Below are positions 24,721 through 39,979 of a stretch of 64,000 nt of DNA, piece after piece (position 1 is the stretch's first letter; each line of letters starts with the position of its first letter). Both the position numbers and the translations under genes were made by a program. The notes under the pieces were generated by a model. That model had not been told where the DNA came from. It saw only the letters and a list, made by a program, of their open reading frames with translations, and did no database searches. Source of the stretch: the human T2T-CHM13v2.0 reference genome, Homo sapiens; NCBI RefSeq assembly GCF_009914755.1, contig NC_060935.1, one strand, 5' to 3'.

Positions 24721-27004
24721 CTGATCTCCCACCGAGACCTGGACCACTGAAGGCAGAGGAAGCAAACAGCCAACACAATCACAGCCATTGTTCCAGGTCA
24801 CCTTCCAAGTACGGGCAGTGAGCTGAGCTGGCAAAGGTCAGAATGCACAGAAGTGCTGGAGCGTGCAGGACATGGTGTACCAAGGAGCAGGGGGGCCTCA
24901 AGAGGGAGGGGAGACTTTCAAGTGGCAAAGCCTACCTGCCCTTTACCCCCATCTTGCCCCCAGGGAAGACCCAAGTCCAAACACACTCCAAGATAAGAGA
25001 TTGTGGCATTTTTAGTTACTCATTAGTTCAGTATTTACTGAGGTGAAATGTTTACTGAGCACCTACTATGTCGGCACATATGCGCTGAGTAATGGAGGTG
25101 CAGTGATGAATACGATAGACAACATCCCTGTCCTGATGGAACTCAAGGTCCAGCACATTGGAAAGATCATAGGCTCCAAAAAGCAACATATCTTGCTTTG
25201 GAATCTAAGCTCTGGTGCTTCCAAGTTGTGTGACCATAGGCAAAGTACTTAAAGTCTCTGAGTATACTTGCTTCATCTCTAAAATGAGACCTCACAGAAG
25301 TGTTTGAATTTTAAAGAGGCCCTATCCTTGGCATGTGAAACATCAGCATTAGTATTCATATTAGCCAGGGTTCTTAGCTGCAAGCACCCCAAGCAATTCT
25401 GGCTGATTAAACAAAACAAGGAGTACATTGAAAGGATATTGAGTGATTCACACCATTGTGGGAGGCCGGGAGAACAAGCGTTAAGACCAAGCTTTCAAAA
25501 GTCATGTCCGTTACAATGCTGAGCAATCAGTCTTATTGGAACACCACTGCCATCCATGTCCCCCTTCAATATCACCTCTGGATTGAGAGCTTGACCTTTC
25601 AACTGCTACAACCAACTTCCCCTCCCCACCCCTACCCCACTAGAGAAAGCCAGATGCCTCCGCAACCATCTTTGCCAGCAAAATGGGTACAGGAAAGAAC
25701 CTCTCTCCTCCTTCAGTCTCACCTCTGGACTGAAGACTCACATCAGTGAGTCTGTTGCGTTGCCTGGGTCTCACCGATGCCGGTGATGTAAAGAAGCCTG
25801 GGGAATGGAGGTCTCAGCATCAACTATGGGGAGGTGGGACTCCGAAAGCCAGAACATCCTCCAGTACAGCAACGATACTGGACAAGTGCTACGCAACATG
25901 ACAAATGTTCACTGGAGTCCCTGGCCCCACCTGCTCACCAGTCCTGCAAACGCTTGGTGGAGATGCCCAGACTGGCCAAAAGCCTCTCTTCCCCCTCCTT
26001 GTGACCCTGGCACAGCACTGAAATCCTTTATATGCATCTACCCACGTGTGAGTGCCCCCATACCTAGCGTAAGGGACAGAGCTGTGGTATGCAGAGGGGT
26101 AGAGTCCCTGAGGCTCTCAGGGGAAACCCAGATGAGCAGCTGGGCCTGGCTGGGAAGGGCACAGTGGGCTAAGACTGCCACCAAGTGGCCGTGCCAAGAA
26201 CCACAGGAAACCAGGCTTTTCCCCCAACCTGGCCACCCAAATGGAAAGCTGCTGCCTGCCCCTTGGGCCTGAAAATGGAGGCTTCTCCTCCCCTCTGCTC
26301 CTGAATTGAGCTGTCCACATCTGCTGAACTCCAAAGGAGATAATGAAATCTAGCATTGATTTGCTATCCTACAGCTTATAAAATGATTCATACAGTAAGA
26401 ATAATTACATGATAATATTAAGTATTGTTGCAGCAACTTGCATTAATTGAGGGCTTGCTACATGCCAGAAACTTTAAAATATCATCTCTTAATCCTTACA
26501 ACAAATCTGTAGCAAACAAATGCATTTATCCAGCGGACATCCATTTTCCTTCCTTCTCTTAACAGTACTTCGATTTTTCTCTGGGAATGTTCCTTCCACT
26601 CCTAGGACTTTGTGACTAGCAAGAAAGAAGCTCTGTTGGAACTCATAGGAAGAGAAGTCTTGAGCTTCCAGGTGCCACCCCAAGGGAAAGCCTGCCTGAG
26701 ATTGAAACCAACACACAGGAAGCAGAACAGATCTCAGAGGCATTGGAGTCCCATGGACCAGACGTGCCTGAAAAATGCCTGGGTTTTTCAATTCCCTGAA
26801 CCAATATATTCCCTTTACTGAAGTCAATTTGTGTGGGATTTTTTTTTAACTTAAAATAAAAAAGTACTAATAATTGCTATGTAATTTAAAAAATTAGCAT
26901 GTGGAAGTAAGCTGTTGTAAGTAGCAGATCCAAAAATAGAGAATCATATGTCAAGGTGAGTGGGGGGGGGGGCATTTATTCATTACCATGTGCCACTCCC
27001 TGTT

Positions 27005-27337
27005 TGCTATAAACTGAATGTTGTTATTTACAGTTCATTTGTCGAACTCCTAACCCCCAATCCTAACCCCTAAGGGATTTTGGGAGGTGACTAGATCATG
27101 AGGGTGGATCCCTTGTTTAATGCCCTGATGAAAGAGACCCCAGAGAGCTCCCTCACCCATTCCACCATGTGAGGACACAGTGAGAAGAAGGTCTATGACC
27201 CAGGAAGTGGGACCTCACCAGACACCATTTACTAGTGCCTTGATCTTGGACTTCCAGCCTTCCCAACTGTAAGAAATACATTTCCGTTGTTAATAAGCCA
27301 CCCAGTCTGTGGATTTTAGCCTGAATGGACTAAGGCA
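27005..27337 (+). mobile_element. MLT1A0-like MaLR solo LTR
   Basis: TG...CA ends; aaagagaccccagagagctccctc...ccatgtgaggacacag...cttgatcttggacttccagcct. Confidence 0.8.
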
Positions 27338-28390
27338 CTGCTCTAGTGCTAGAGATTCAGTAGGCACCAAAATGGATGTGATCCATGCTCCCGAGTTAAC
27401 TTCCTGGCGGAGAATGCCACCGTAAACCACTGAGAATGCAGCAGCTCTGCAGAGGCCTGAGCAGAATGATGGGATAGAGTGAGGTCACATGGCTTCTTGA
27501 GGTTGCATGGGCAGGGGCCGATGCAATGGGAATGCGCTCATCGACATGTTTGCTAGCAGTCACATTTCCTAGACCCCCTTGTTTGTATGGTTCCAGTTAG
27601 AATTAGACAAAGGAAGAACTCATGTGTGATTTGAAGGCAGAAGGACGTGGTGTCCATCATGCTCTTAAGGACTTATAGTCTCCTGCAGTGACAGAGAAAT
27701 GTGGAGGTGCTCATGAGTCCTGCACACCTTTGCTCTCCTCCACGCAAGTTCAGCTGACCGTCAGCATCCTTCTGACCAAGCTCAACCTCAGGTCTACTGC
27801 CAGACATGTGGCCACGGGACACAGAGAGATCATAGCCTCCTATGGACCTGTTTATGAAATTCCCCTTCACACGCACATGGGGTGGCTCATGTGAGGGAGG
27901 AAGCAGCAGCCATGGAAAGAGAACAAGTTCAAGATCTGTGTTGGAAGTAGGCTTGGCAGGACTTGCTGGTAGGTTGGATGGAAGATGTGGCTTAAAAGGG
28001 GGTCAGGATGTCTCCTAGGCTTTGTCTTAAGCAAGAAAGCAAATGTTTCAGGCCATTTATTGAGATAAGGAGCCTATCTAGGATTGGAAATAAGAGTTCT
28101 TCTTTGGCCATTGTGGTAGGTTGAAAAAAAGGACAATATTGTGGTAGATTAGGGAAAAACTGGTCACACACACACATACACAAATGTCTTCAGCAACTCC
28201 CAATCATAATCATAAACTTACATTAAAAATGCAAATGCAATGCAAAGATGTTTCTTTTTCTTGAACACTTGAAAGTAAATTTCTGGCCAGATGCTCCAGC
28301 ACCTGTGAATATTGTACTATTTCTTATAAGCAAGGACCTTCTCTCCCCTACATAATCAAGATCAAAATCAATGTCAAGAAATTAGCATGG

Positions 28391-28682
<292 letters not shown>

Positions 28683-31600
28683 TTAACATGGATACAATAC
28701 TATTTTTTAACCTGCAGTCCTTATTCAAATTTCTCCAGTTGTTCCTCTGATGATCCTTAAACAAAAGAAAAATAATCTTTGTGTGTTCAACATTCACTCC
28801 AGGAACACACCATTTTTTTTAGTTTCATGCCTCTCTAGTCTCCATCAATCTGGAAGATGAGTTCTGTTTTGTTTGTCACGATCTTGACATTTTCGAAGAG
28901 TTCAGGCCATTGGTTTTGTAGAATGACCCTCAATTTTAGCTTGTCCAAAATTTTCTCACAACGAAATTCAGGTGCTGCTCTTTCACAGGAATGCCATGGA
29001 GCTGGTCCTCTCACTCTGGCTTCATCTTACCAAGTGGCACGTGATCTCCATCCTCCTGTGTCTGACGATGCCCACTTGGATCACTTGATTAAGGTGGTGT
29101 CTGCCAGGCTTTTTTGCTGTGAAGTCACTCTTTTCCCCTCTTTGTAGTTAAAAAGCATTTGTTCATTGTGGTAGTATTAACATTAATTGAGGGCATGCTA
29201 TGTGTAGAGGGACTTTAAAACTTTGTAAATATCCCGTGCCCCATCAAACTTTCAATTGATTGTTTATCTATCAGATAAACACTATCAGAAAACCACTAGA
29301 CTAGACTAGTGATTGTCTAGTTTTCAGTGAATTCTGTTAGCTTCATTATTTATTTTGATGTGCAGATTGTCCCTGATCCGGTCACTCAGTGGGAGCCCAT
29401 TCCATCTGGTTTCTGGTTTTTACATGACCTAATCATTCTTTGAGCACTTCATTACTTCCTGACACAACAGGATGTTACATTCTCATCTCGTCCTTTCTCT
29501 TCTTCAGTCCTGGAAGCAGCCATTTCTTCAGGAAACCTAAGTTTCAAGAGATGCTGGTGTAGTGTACTCATTGCTCCCAGGACTTCTCAGTGGACACATT
29601 GGTTTTCTCTGGAGAGCCTTGATACAAATGGGACATGGCAGAACTAGAACCTGAATCAAGACTTATTTTACTCTATGCTCAGAGCTCTTTATTTTTCTCA
29701 GTGAAAACTGGCTTAAGAGGAAGAGACACATATGTGTATGGATACATACATGTACCCTATTGTCACAGGATACTAGAAATATGTGGATAACCTCACATCT
29801 TTATCCTCTTCCTAAATGGTTCTTCCAAAGTCTGGATGGACAACTGTTTCCCCAGCACAATGAATTCAACCCACCAAAGCTTCTCATTATCCCTTTCTTC
29901 ATCCCTCCTCCTCCAACTCCTCCCCTCCCCCGCCTTCCTCTGTTGCCTATCACAGAGAAGGGCAGAGCCATCCATTCGCTTCTGTAAGCTGAATAGCTGG
30001 CATTGTCATCAGAATCCTTCCTTTCTCTCTCCCCATTTCCAATTTGTCAATGTTTTCTATTGATTTTCTCTACTGAACATCTCTTGTATTCATCTCCTCC
30101 TCTCCAACCCGGCAACTGCTGACTTGGTCTCTCAACGCCTCCCATCTGTGCTTTGCAATTGTATGCACTTCCTTGCCCATAGGCAAAGTCCTGGTGGCTG
30201 AGCACCAGCCACAACACTAAGAAGTCAGCAAGTGAGAGGTGAGTAAAGGACATACATGTATAGTCTGTGGAGCTGTCTCAACAAGGAATGGCACAATCCA
30301 AGGCTACATCGATGCTCTAAGGCAGGGAGGCAGAGAAAAAGGATGGGGGTGTTCAGGCAGTGAGGACCAGTCCAGGGAGACGTAATAGAGGAAGGACTCA
30401 AAGCAGAAGGCAAGGCACAGAGCCTGGGGTCATTCCTCTGTCCGTAGCCGGAGAGCCTCCACCTTGTCCGGTTTCTTATCTTTCTGTAGTGCAAATCTGT
30501 GACTCACTTGCTTAGAACACATCAGTTGTTTACCTTCACCTGCAGGACAAAATCTCAATCCTTGGAATATCCCCCCTGTCTCCCTCTGTGCCTCACTGAG
30601 TGCAACTTCCCCTTGTATTACTCACTCCTATAAGATGGAATTACTGATAGTTTCCTGATGACACTGTGTTCTCTCACCTGTGTGCCTGCACACCTGCTCG
30701 TCACTGTGCCCACAGTGCCTTGCTCACCTGGCAAAGTCCTACTTCTCTTCCTTCTCCTATGCTTGTGTCACACACTGCACAATTCTCCACTGAAGCATTC
30801 ATGCCATCGCATCATAACTGTCTGCAGGTCTTGCAGATTTGCAGGAAAGACCATAAGCTCCTTGAGGCCACTGTCTTCACATTGTCTTGTCATTGTCTTC
30901 ATGCCCCTGCTCCATCCCCATGCCACTAAGTTGTTGCTCAGTACATTTGTTGAATGGATAAACAAATGAATTCATGAACTAGAAGTTGGGAGGAGAGAGT
31001 GGTTTAGGACAAGAAGTTGTAGGGGATTTTCTTTAAACTTTTAATGTGGAAAAATATTAGATTTACAGAAGAGTTGCAAAGATAGTATGAGGAGTTCCTG
31101 CATACACTTAACCCAGGTTCTTCTAATGTTACTCCCCTTTGGTTATATCTGATATAGCCAGAGAAGTCTTACCAACTAAAGAATTAGCATTAGTAGAGTG
31201 ATACTACCTAAACTAAAAATTTTATTTAGATTTCACCAGTTCTCTGCCAATGTCCTTTTTCTGTGCCAGGATCTCATCCAGGGAACCACGTTGTACCTAG
31301 TTCTCAGGAGCCTAGGTTTCTGCTTAGTCTTCTCCTTAATATTCTCCAGACTGCAGTACTTTCCTTGTCTGTCATGACCTTGACACTTTTGAAGAGTACT
31401 GGTCAGGTATTTCACAGAATGTCCCTCCATTTGGGTTTGTAATGATTTCCCTCACGATTAGAATAGGGTTATAGATTCTGGGGGAAGAATGTCAGAGGTG
31501 AGGTCCTTTTCTCATTGCATGACTTCAGGGATTATGACATCAACGTAAAAGGTTACTACTTTCCCCTTCCATACTCTGTTCTTTAGAAGTGAATCACTAA

Positions 31601-31859
31601 ATCCAATGAACACTCAAGGGGAAAGGAACTGAGCTCCACCCCTTAGAAATGGGAGTACCTACAATTATTACCTGGAATTCTTCTGTTGGGGATATTTATT
31701 TTTGCTATAATCCAGGTAGTCAAGTGAAGCCTATGGACCTAGTCTCAGAATATTTTAAATTTTAATGTATTGATTTTTTGAAATGAAATACATGGGATTA
31801 TAAAGGAAAACAGTTGCATTGATATACGATTATTAAACTATTTTTTAAAAAAATTTGTG

Positions 31860-32473
31860 GCATAGGAATTAAGAAGAAATTACTAAGGCAGATAGTGAAG
31901 GTACAGGAGTTCTCAGTAAGATTTTCCTTTTTAATGAAAAGCAGCCCCCAAATCATTTTCTAACAAAGAGCAGCCTGTAAAATCCAGATGCAGACATAGA
32001 CAAACAAGCTAGAGGCTTGCACCAGTGAATGCCAGCAGGAAAAAGCTACCTGAGACTAGACATGTTCAAAATGGCGGCTCCATCTTCCCTTCTCTTTAAC
32101 AGCCAAGTGTACAGTAAGGGCTTTCTGGTCAAGTGAAAAGCCCATTTGCATAATAAGATTAGAGTGGGGTGGCCAGCCTTCCCCACATACTATGTAAACG
32201 TCACACCTGATCGAACCAATCTGTGGGCTCTACATAAATCAGACACCACTTCCTCAAGTCTGCCTATAAAATCCAGAAAACTCCACCGCCAGCTCGTCCT
32301 TCCTTTTGGAAGCCCCTCTCTCTCACTAGAGAGAGAGAGAGCTGTTCTCCTTTCTCTTCCTTTTGCCTATGAAACCTCTGCTCCTAAACTCCTTGTGTGT
32401 GCCCGTGTCCTAACTTTTCTTGGCATGAGATGACGAACCCCGAGTATTTACCCCAGACAATGACACCGCATCA
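31860..32473 (+). mobile_element. MER61-like ERV1 solo LTR
   Basis: aggaattaagaagaaattactaaggcagatagtg...aaaatggcggctccatcttccc...ctataaaa...gacaccgcatCA; 5' boundary imprecise. Confidence 0.7.
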
Positions 32474-34522
32474 GTAATACATGTGCTTATTTATCAGTTC
32501 TTCAAAACACAAGGTCTGGTAGCATGTGTAAGATGCTTCAGTTGGAAGCTTCGACTGTGATTTCAAAGTGTTGCTCAGCATAAGTGACATCACAGCTGAT
32601 GCTAATACCACAGTGGGTTGTTGCCTATATTAACAGTGAAACTAGAAAGTGAAGCAAAAATATTCACAGATCTTTTGAAAGAAGCGGCATTGCCACTGCA
32701 AATTCTGTGAGACAGGCAAAAAACGGTGAGTTCCCAAAGTGTGAGAGGGGGAAAACTGGCCTCCGAACACACATCCTCACTGGGGAACCTGAAAATCCAG
32801 ATTACAGAAGGATTTAACCTTACCTAGAGCTGAAATGGACTTAGTGCGAAATATAAAAGTAGAAGCAGCAACAGGAAGAGGCTTGCAGGCACTCTTCCTC
32901 TCCAGCTCAATCCCAGGGAGGCCATCCCTGACTATATCTCATAGGAGCCCTTGGGGAAGGCAGCCAGCAGAATTTGGGAGGGGTCACAGGGTGAAAGAAG
33001 TTTCCAACTGAACTTTGTAATAATTTCAACTGTGCACAAACTCTCTTGAGCAGAATCCAGGGGTGAATGACAGTGTGGGCAGATGGGGAGGGGTGTGGCT
33101 TGAAAGTCTTGCTGGTTTTCTCAGCAGGGAAGCTTATAGCCTGGGGCAAGATCTGGGTTCTGCCTGCAGGCTGCCTGAAGATAAACTCAGTGCTACTAGT
33201 GGAGTACAGCAGGAGAGAGACCGGCCTCACCAGGCAACTGCCTGGGAGCTGGGTGAGCCCTATCCCTACTGGCTTTCCCCCACTTCCCTAGTGACAGAGG
33301 CAGCCATAATCCCTTCTGGAACATAACCCCATTGACCTAAGAACCACTCCACCACCATTTCTCACAGTAGCCTGGGCAAGCCCTGCACAAGGAGAGTCTG
33401 AGCTCAGATAGGCCTAACCCTGCCCCCACCTGTTGGTATTTCTCTACCACCCCGGTAGCCAATCACAAAAGACATAAACTCTTGGAAGCTTTATGGCCCT
33501 GCCCATCACCTGAGAAACCCAAATACTTACCCTGGCTAAGGTAGGGCAAGCTTATATCCCCCTTCTACTATCTCAGCTGGTGCTCTCTTAAAAGCACCAC
33601 CTCCTGGCTGGAGGTCAACCAACTCAGGACATCACAGCAACTCATGACAGAATAACCCAGCTCCAAGGAAAGAGAAAACAACAGCTAATTCCACTGCCTG
33701 CAACATGCTGACTAACCAGTGGTCCTGAGTTTGTCCCTGTGGCAACTTCACTGCTAGCGTCAGCAGCATTTGAGAAAGCCAACACACTAAACACATCTAC
33801 AACCACGGACTCTCACAGAGTCTATTTCACTCCCCTACCACCTCCACCAGAGCAGGTCCTGGTATCCCCAGCTGGGAGACCTGAAGATGGATCACATTGC
33901 AGGGCTCTTTGCAGACATTCCCCAGCACCAGCCCAGAGCCTGGTAGCCCTGCTGGGTGGCTGGACCAAGAAGAGTAATAACAATTGCTGCAGTCCATCTC
34001 CCAGGAAGCCCCACCCCTAGCGAAAGGGGGAGCACGCCACATCAAGGCATCACCCCATGGGACAAAACAATCTGAACAACAGCCCTTGAGTTCCAGATTT
34101 TTCCACTGAAATAGTCTATCCGAATGAGAAGGAATCAGAAAAGTCATTCTGGAAATATGACAAAACAAGGTTCTATAACACCCCAAAAAGACCACAATAG
34201 CTTTCCAGCAATGGATCCAAATCAAGAAGAATTCTCTGAATTGCCAGAAAAAGAATTCAGAAGGTTGATTGTTAAGCTACTCCAGGAGATGCCAGAGAAA
34301 GGTGAAAAACAACTTAAAGAAATTTTTTTTGTAATGCAGGATATGGATGAGAAATTCTCCAGAGAAATAGATATCATAAAGAAAACACAATCACAACTTC
34401 TGGAAATAAAAGACACACTTAGAGAAATACAAAAGGCACTGGAAAGTGTCAACAATAGACTAGAACAAGTAGAATAAAGAACTTCAGAGCTTGAAGACAA
34501 GGCTTTTGAATTAACTCAATCA

Positions 34523-34847
<325 letters not shown>

Positions 34848-37800
34848 TTAAAAAATGAACAAAGCCTCCAAGAAATTTGGGATTATGTTAAATGGCCAAA
34901 CCTAAGAATAATTGGTGTTCCTAAGGAAGAAGAGAAATCTAAAAGTTTGGAAAACTTATTTGAGGGAATAATCGAGGAAAACTTCCCCGGTCTTGCTAGA
35001 GATCTAGACATCCAAACATAAGAAGCTCAAAGAACACCTGGGAAATTCATTGCAAAAAGATAATCACCTAAGCACTTAGTCACCAGGTTATCTAAAGTCA
35101 AGACTAAGGAAAGAATCTCAAGAGCTGTGAGTCAAAAACATTAGGTAACCTATAAAGGATAACCTATCAGATTAACAGCAGACTTCTCAGCAGAAACCCT
35201 ACAAGCCAGAAGAGTTTCGGGTCCTATCTTTAGCCACCTGAAACAAAATAATTGCCAGCCAAGAATTTTGTTTCCAGCAAAACTAAGTTTCATAAATGAA
35301 GGAGAGATAAAGTCTTTTTCAGAGAAACAATGCTAAGAGAATTAGCCACTACCAGGTGAGAGCTACAAGAAATGCTAAAAGGAGTTCTAAATCTTGAAAC
35401 AAAACTTCAAATTATGCCAAAATAGGACTTCCTTTAAGCATAAATCTCACAGGATCTAAAAAACAATAATGCAACAGGGAAAAAAACGGTATTCAGGGAA
35501 CAACTAACATGATGAATAAAACAGTACCTCACATCTCAATACTAACATTGAATGTGAGTGGTTTAAATGCTCCACTTAAAAGCTAAGGAATGGCAGAATG
35601 CATAAAAACCTACCAACCACATATCTGCTGTCTTCAAAAGACTCACCTAATGCTGGACTCCCATAAACTTTAGGTAAAGGGGTGGAAAAGATATTACAAG
35701 CAAATGGAAACCAAACGCAAGCAGGAGTAGCTATTCTTGTATCATACCAAAGAGACTTCAAAGCAACAACAGTTAAAAAAAAAACAACAAAGAGGGATAT
35801 TAAATAATGATTAAAGGATGAGTCCAACAAACAAAATATCACAGTCCTAAATATGCATGCACCTAACACTGGAGCTCCCAAATTTATAAGACAATTATTA
35901 CTAGACCTAAGAAATGAGATAGATGACAACACAATACTAGAAAGGGACTTCAATACTCCACTGACAGCACTAGACAAGTCATTGAGACAGAAACTCAACA
36001 AAGAAACAAGGGACTTAAGCTATACCCTAGAACAAATGGACTTAACAGATATTTACAGAACATTCTACTCAACAACTGCAGAATATACATTATTTGCAAC
36101 AGCATATGGAACATTCTCCAAGACAGACCATATGATAGGCCACAAAAAAAAGTCTCAATAAACTTAAGAAAATCAAAAATATATCAACTATCTCTCAGAC
36201 CACAGAGGAATAAAACTAGACATTAACTCCAAAAGAAACCCTCAAAACTATACAAATACAGGGAAATTTAAAAATCTGCTCCTGAACGATCCTTGGGTCA
36301 ACAATGAAATCAAGATAGAAATTAAAAAATGTTTTGAACTGAAAGATAATAGTAACACAATATATAAGAACTTCTGGAATACAGCAAAAGCAGTGCTAAG
36401 ATGAAAGTTCATAGCATTAAATTCCTACATCCAAAAGTCTGAAAGAGCACAAATAGACAATCTAAGCTCATGCCTCAAGGAATTAGAGAAACAAGAACAA
36501 ACCAAACCCAAACTTAGCAGAAGAAAAGAAATAACCAAGATCAAAGCAGGATTAAATGAAATTGAAACCAAAAATCCAAAAGATAAATGAAATAAAAAGC
36601 TGATTCTTCGAAAAGATAAACGAAATTGATAGACCATTAGTGAGATTAAGCAAGAAAATAAGAGAGAAAATCTAAATAAGCTCAATTAGAAATGAAATGG
36701 GAGATCTTAAAACCAATACCAGAGAAACACAAAGATCATTCAAGGCTACTATGAACACCTTTACACACAGAAACTAGAAAATCTAGAGGAGATGGATAAA
36801 TTCCTGGAAATATACGACCCTCCTAGATTAAATCAGAAAGAAGTAGAAACTCTGAAGAGACCAATAACAAGTAGCAAGATTTAAACAGTAACTTAAAGAT
36901 TGCCAACAAAAAAAGTCCAGGATCAGATGGATTCACAGCTGATTCTATAAGGCATTCAAAGAAGAATTGATACAAATCTTACTGAAACTATTCCAAAAGA
37001 TAAAGAGGGAATCCTCCCTAAATCATTCTAGGAAGGCAGCATCACCCTAATACCAAAGCCAGGAAAGGACATAACAAAAAAAGAAAACTACAGATCAGTA
37101 TCCCTGATAAACGTAGATGCAAAAATCCTCAACAAAATACTATTAATAGCTAACTGACTCAAACAACATATCAGAAAGATAATCCACCATGATCAAGTGG
37201 GGGGGATTTCATACCAGGGATGCAGGGATGGTTTAACATATACAAGTCAATAAATGTGATGCATCATAGAAATAGAATTAAAAACAAAAATCATATGATC
37301 ATGTCAATAGATGCAGAAAAAGCACTGACAAAATCCAGCATCCCTTTATGATTAAAACTCTCAGCAAAATTGGCACAGAAGGGACTTACCTCAAGGTAAT
37401 AAAAGCCATCTATGACAAACACACAGCCTATATACCAAACAGGAAAAAGTTGAACACATTCTGCCTGAGAACTGGAACAAAACAATGACACCCACTTTCA
37501 CCACTTCTATTCAACATTGTACTGGAAGTCCTAGCCGAAGCAGTCAGACAAGAGAAAGAAATAAAGGGCAACCAAATCGATAAAGAGGAAGTCAAACTTG
37601 CTGTTCACCAATTATATGATCATATACCTAGAAAACCCTAAAGACTCATTCCAAAAGCTCCTAGATCTGATCAATGAATTCAGTAAAGTTTTAGAATACA
37701 AAATGAATGTATACAAATTAGTAGCACTGCTATACACCAACAATGACCAAGATGATAATCAAATCAAGAACTCAACCCCTTTTATAATAGCTGCAAAACA

Positions 37801-38390
37801 ACAACAACAAAAAACTTAAAATAATTAGGAATATATTTAACCAAGGAGGTGAAAGATCTCTACAAAGAAAACTATAAAACACTGAAAGAAGTCATAGATG
37901 GCACAAATGGAATCACATCCTATGCCCGTGGGTGGATAGAATCCATATTGTGAAAATGACCATACTGCCAAAAGCAATCTGTAGATTCAATGCAATCTCC
38001 GTCGAAATACCATCAACATTCTTCACATAACTAGAAAAAACAATCCTACAATTCATATGAAATCCAAAAAGAGCACACATACCCAAAGCAAGACTAATTA
38101 ACAAGAACAAATCTGGAGGCATCGTATTACCCGATTTCAACCTATAAGGTCATAGTCACCAAAACAGCATGGTACTGGTATAAAAATAGGCATGCAGACC
38201 AATGGAACAGAATATAGAACTCAGAAATAAAGCCAAATAGTTGTAGCCAACCGATCTTTGACAAAGCAAACAAAAACATGAAGTGGGAAAAGGACACCCT
38301 ATGCAAGAAATGGTGCTTCGATAATTGGCTAGCCACATGTGAAAGAATGAAGCTGGATCCTCCTCTCTCCCCTTATACAAAAATCAACTC

Positions 38391-38690
<300 letters not shown>

Positions 38691-39470
38691 AATCAACTCA
38701 AGATGGATCAAAGACTTAAATCTAAGATCTGAAACCACAAAAATTATAGAAGATATCACTGAAAAAACTATTCTACACATTGGCTTAGGCAAAGAGTTCA
38801 TGAGCAAGAACCCAAAGCAAATGCAACAAAAACAAAGATAGATAGATGGGACTTAATAAACTAAAAAGCTTCTGCACAGCAAAATAAATAACCCACACAG
38901 TGGGAAAAAATATTCACAAACTATGCATCTGACAAAGAACTAAGATCCAGAACCTACAAGGAACTCAAATAAATCAGCAAAAAAACACAAATAATCTCAT
39001 TGAAAAGTGGGCAAAGAACATGAATACACAATTCTCAAAAGAAGATATACAAATGGCCAACAAACATAAGAAAATATACTCAGCATCACTACCTTTATCA
39101 GGGAAGTGCAAAAAAAAAACAAAAAAACCACAATGAGATACCACCTTACTCCTGCAAGAATGACCATAATTAAACAATAAAAAAAAAAATAGATGTTGGC
39201 ATGGATGTGGTAAAAAGTGAACACATTTACACTGCTGGTGGGAATCTAAACTAGTACAACCATTATGGAAAAAAGTATGGAGATTCCTTTAAAAACTAAA
39301 AGCATAACTAACATTTGATCCAGTAACTCCACTACTGGGTATCTACCTAGAGGAAAAGAAGTAATTATATGAAAAAGATACTTGCAGATGCATGTTTACA
39401 GCACCATAATTCGCAATTGCAAAAATATGGAATCAGCCTAAATGCACATTAACCAATGAGTGAATAAAAG

Positions 39471-39471
<1 letters not shown>

Positions 39472-39502
<31 letters not shown>
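39472..39502. repeat. (TA)n microsatellite in L1
   Basis: About 15 TA units. Confidence 0.95.
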
Positions 39503-39505
<3 letters not shown>

Positions 39506-39686
39506 ATAGAATACTATTCAGCCACAAAAAAGGAATAAACTAATGGCATTTGCAGCAACCCGAATGGGGTTAGAGACCATTATTCTAAGTGAAGTAACTC
39601 AGGAATGGAAAACCAAATATCGTATGTTCTCACTTATAAGTGCCAGCTAAGCTATGAGGACGCAAAGGCATAAGAATGATATAATG

Positions 39687-39979
39687 GGCCAGACATGGCG
39701 GCTCACGCCTGTAGTCCCAGCACTTTGGAAGGCCGAGGAGGGAGAATCACTTGAGGTCAGGAGTTTGAGACCACCCTGGCCAATATGGTGAAACCCTGTT
39801 TCTACTAAAAAATAACAAAAATTAGCCAGGCATGGTGGCAGGTGCCTGAAGTTGCAGCTACTCAGGAGGCTGAGGCAGGAGAATTGCTTGAACTTGGGAT
39901 GCAGAGGTTGCAGTGAGCCAAGATTGTGCCACTGCATCCAGACTGGGTGACAGAACGAGACTCCGTCTCAAAAAAAAAG
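39687..39979 (+). mobile_element. Alu (AluS-like) inside L1 3' region
   Basis: TSD AGAATGATATAATG at 39673-39686 and 39980-39993. Confidence 0.95.

Noticed and set aside
27047-27073. Telomere-like cctaaccc repeats
   Set aside because: Two imperfect units from a small duplication inside an MLT1 LTR
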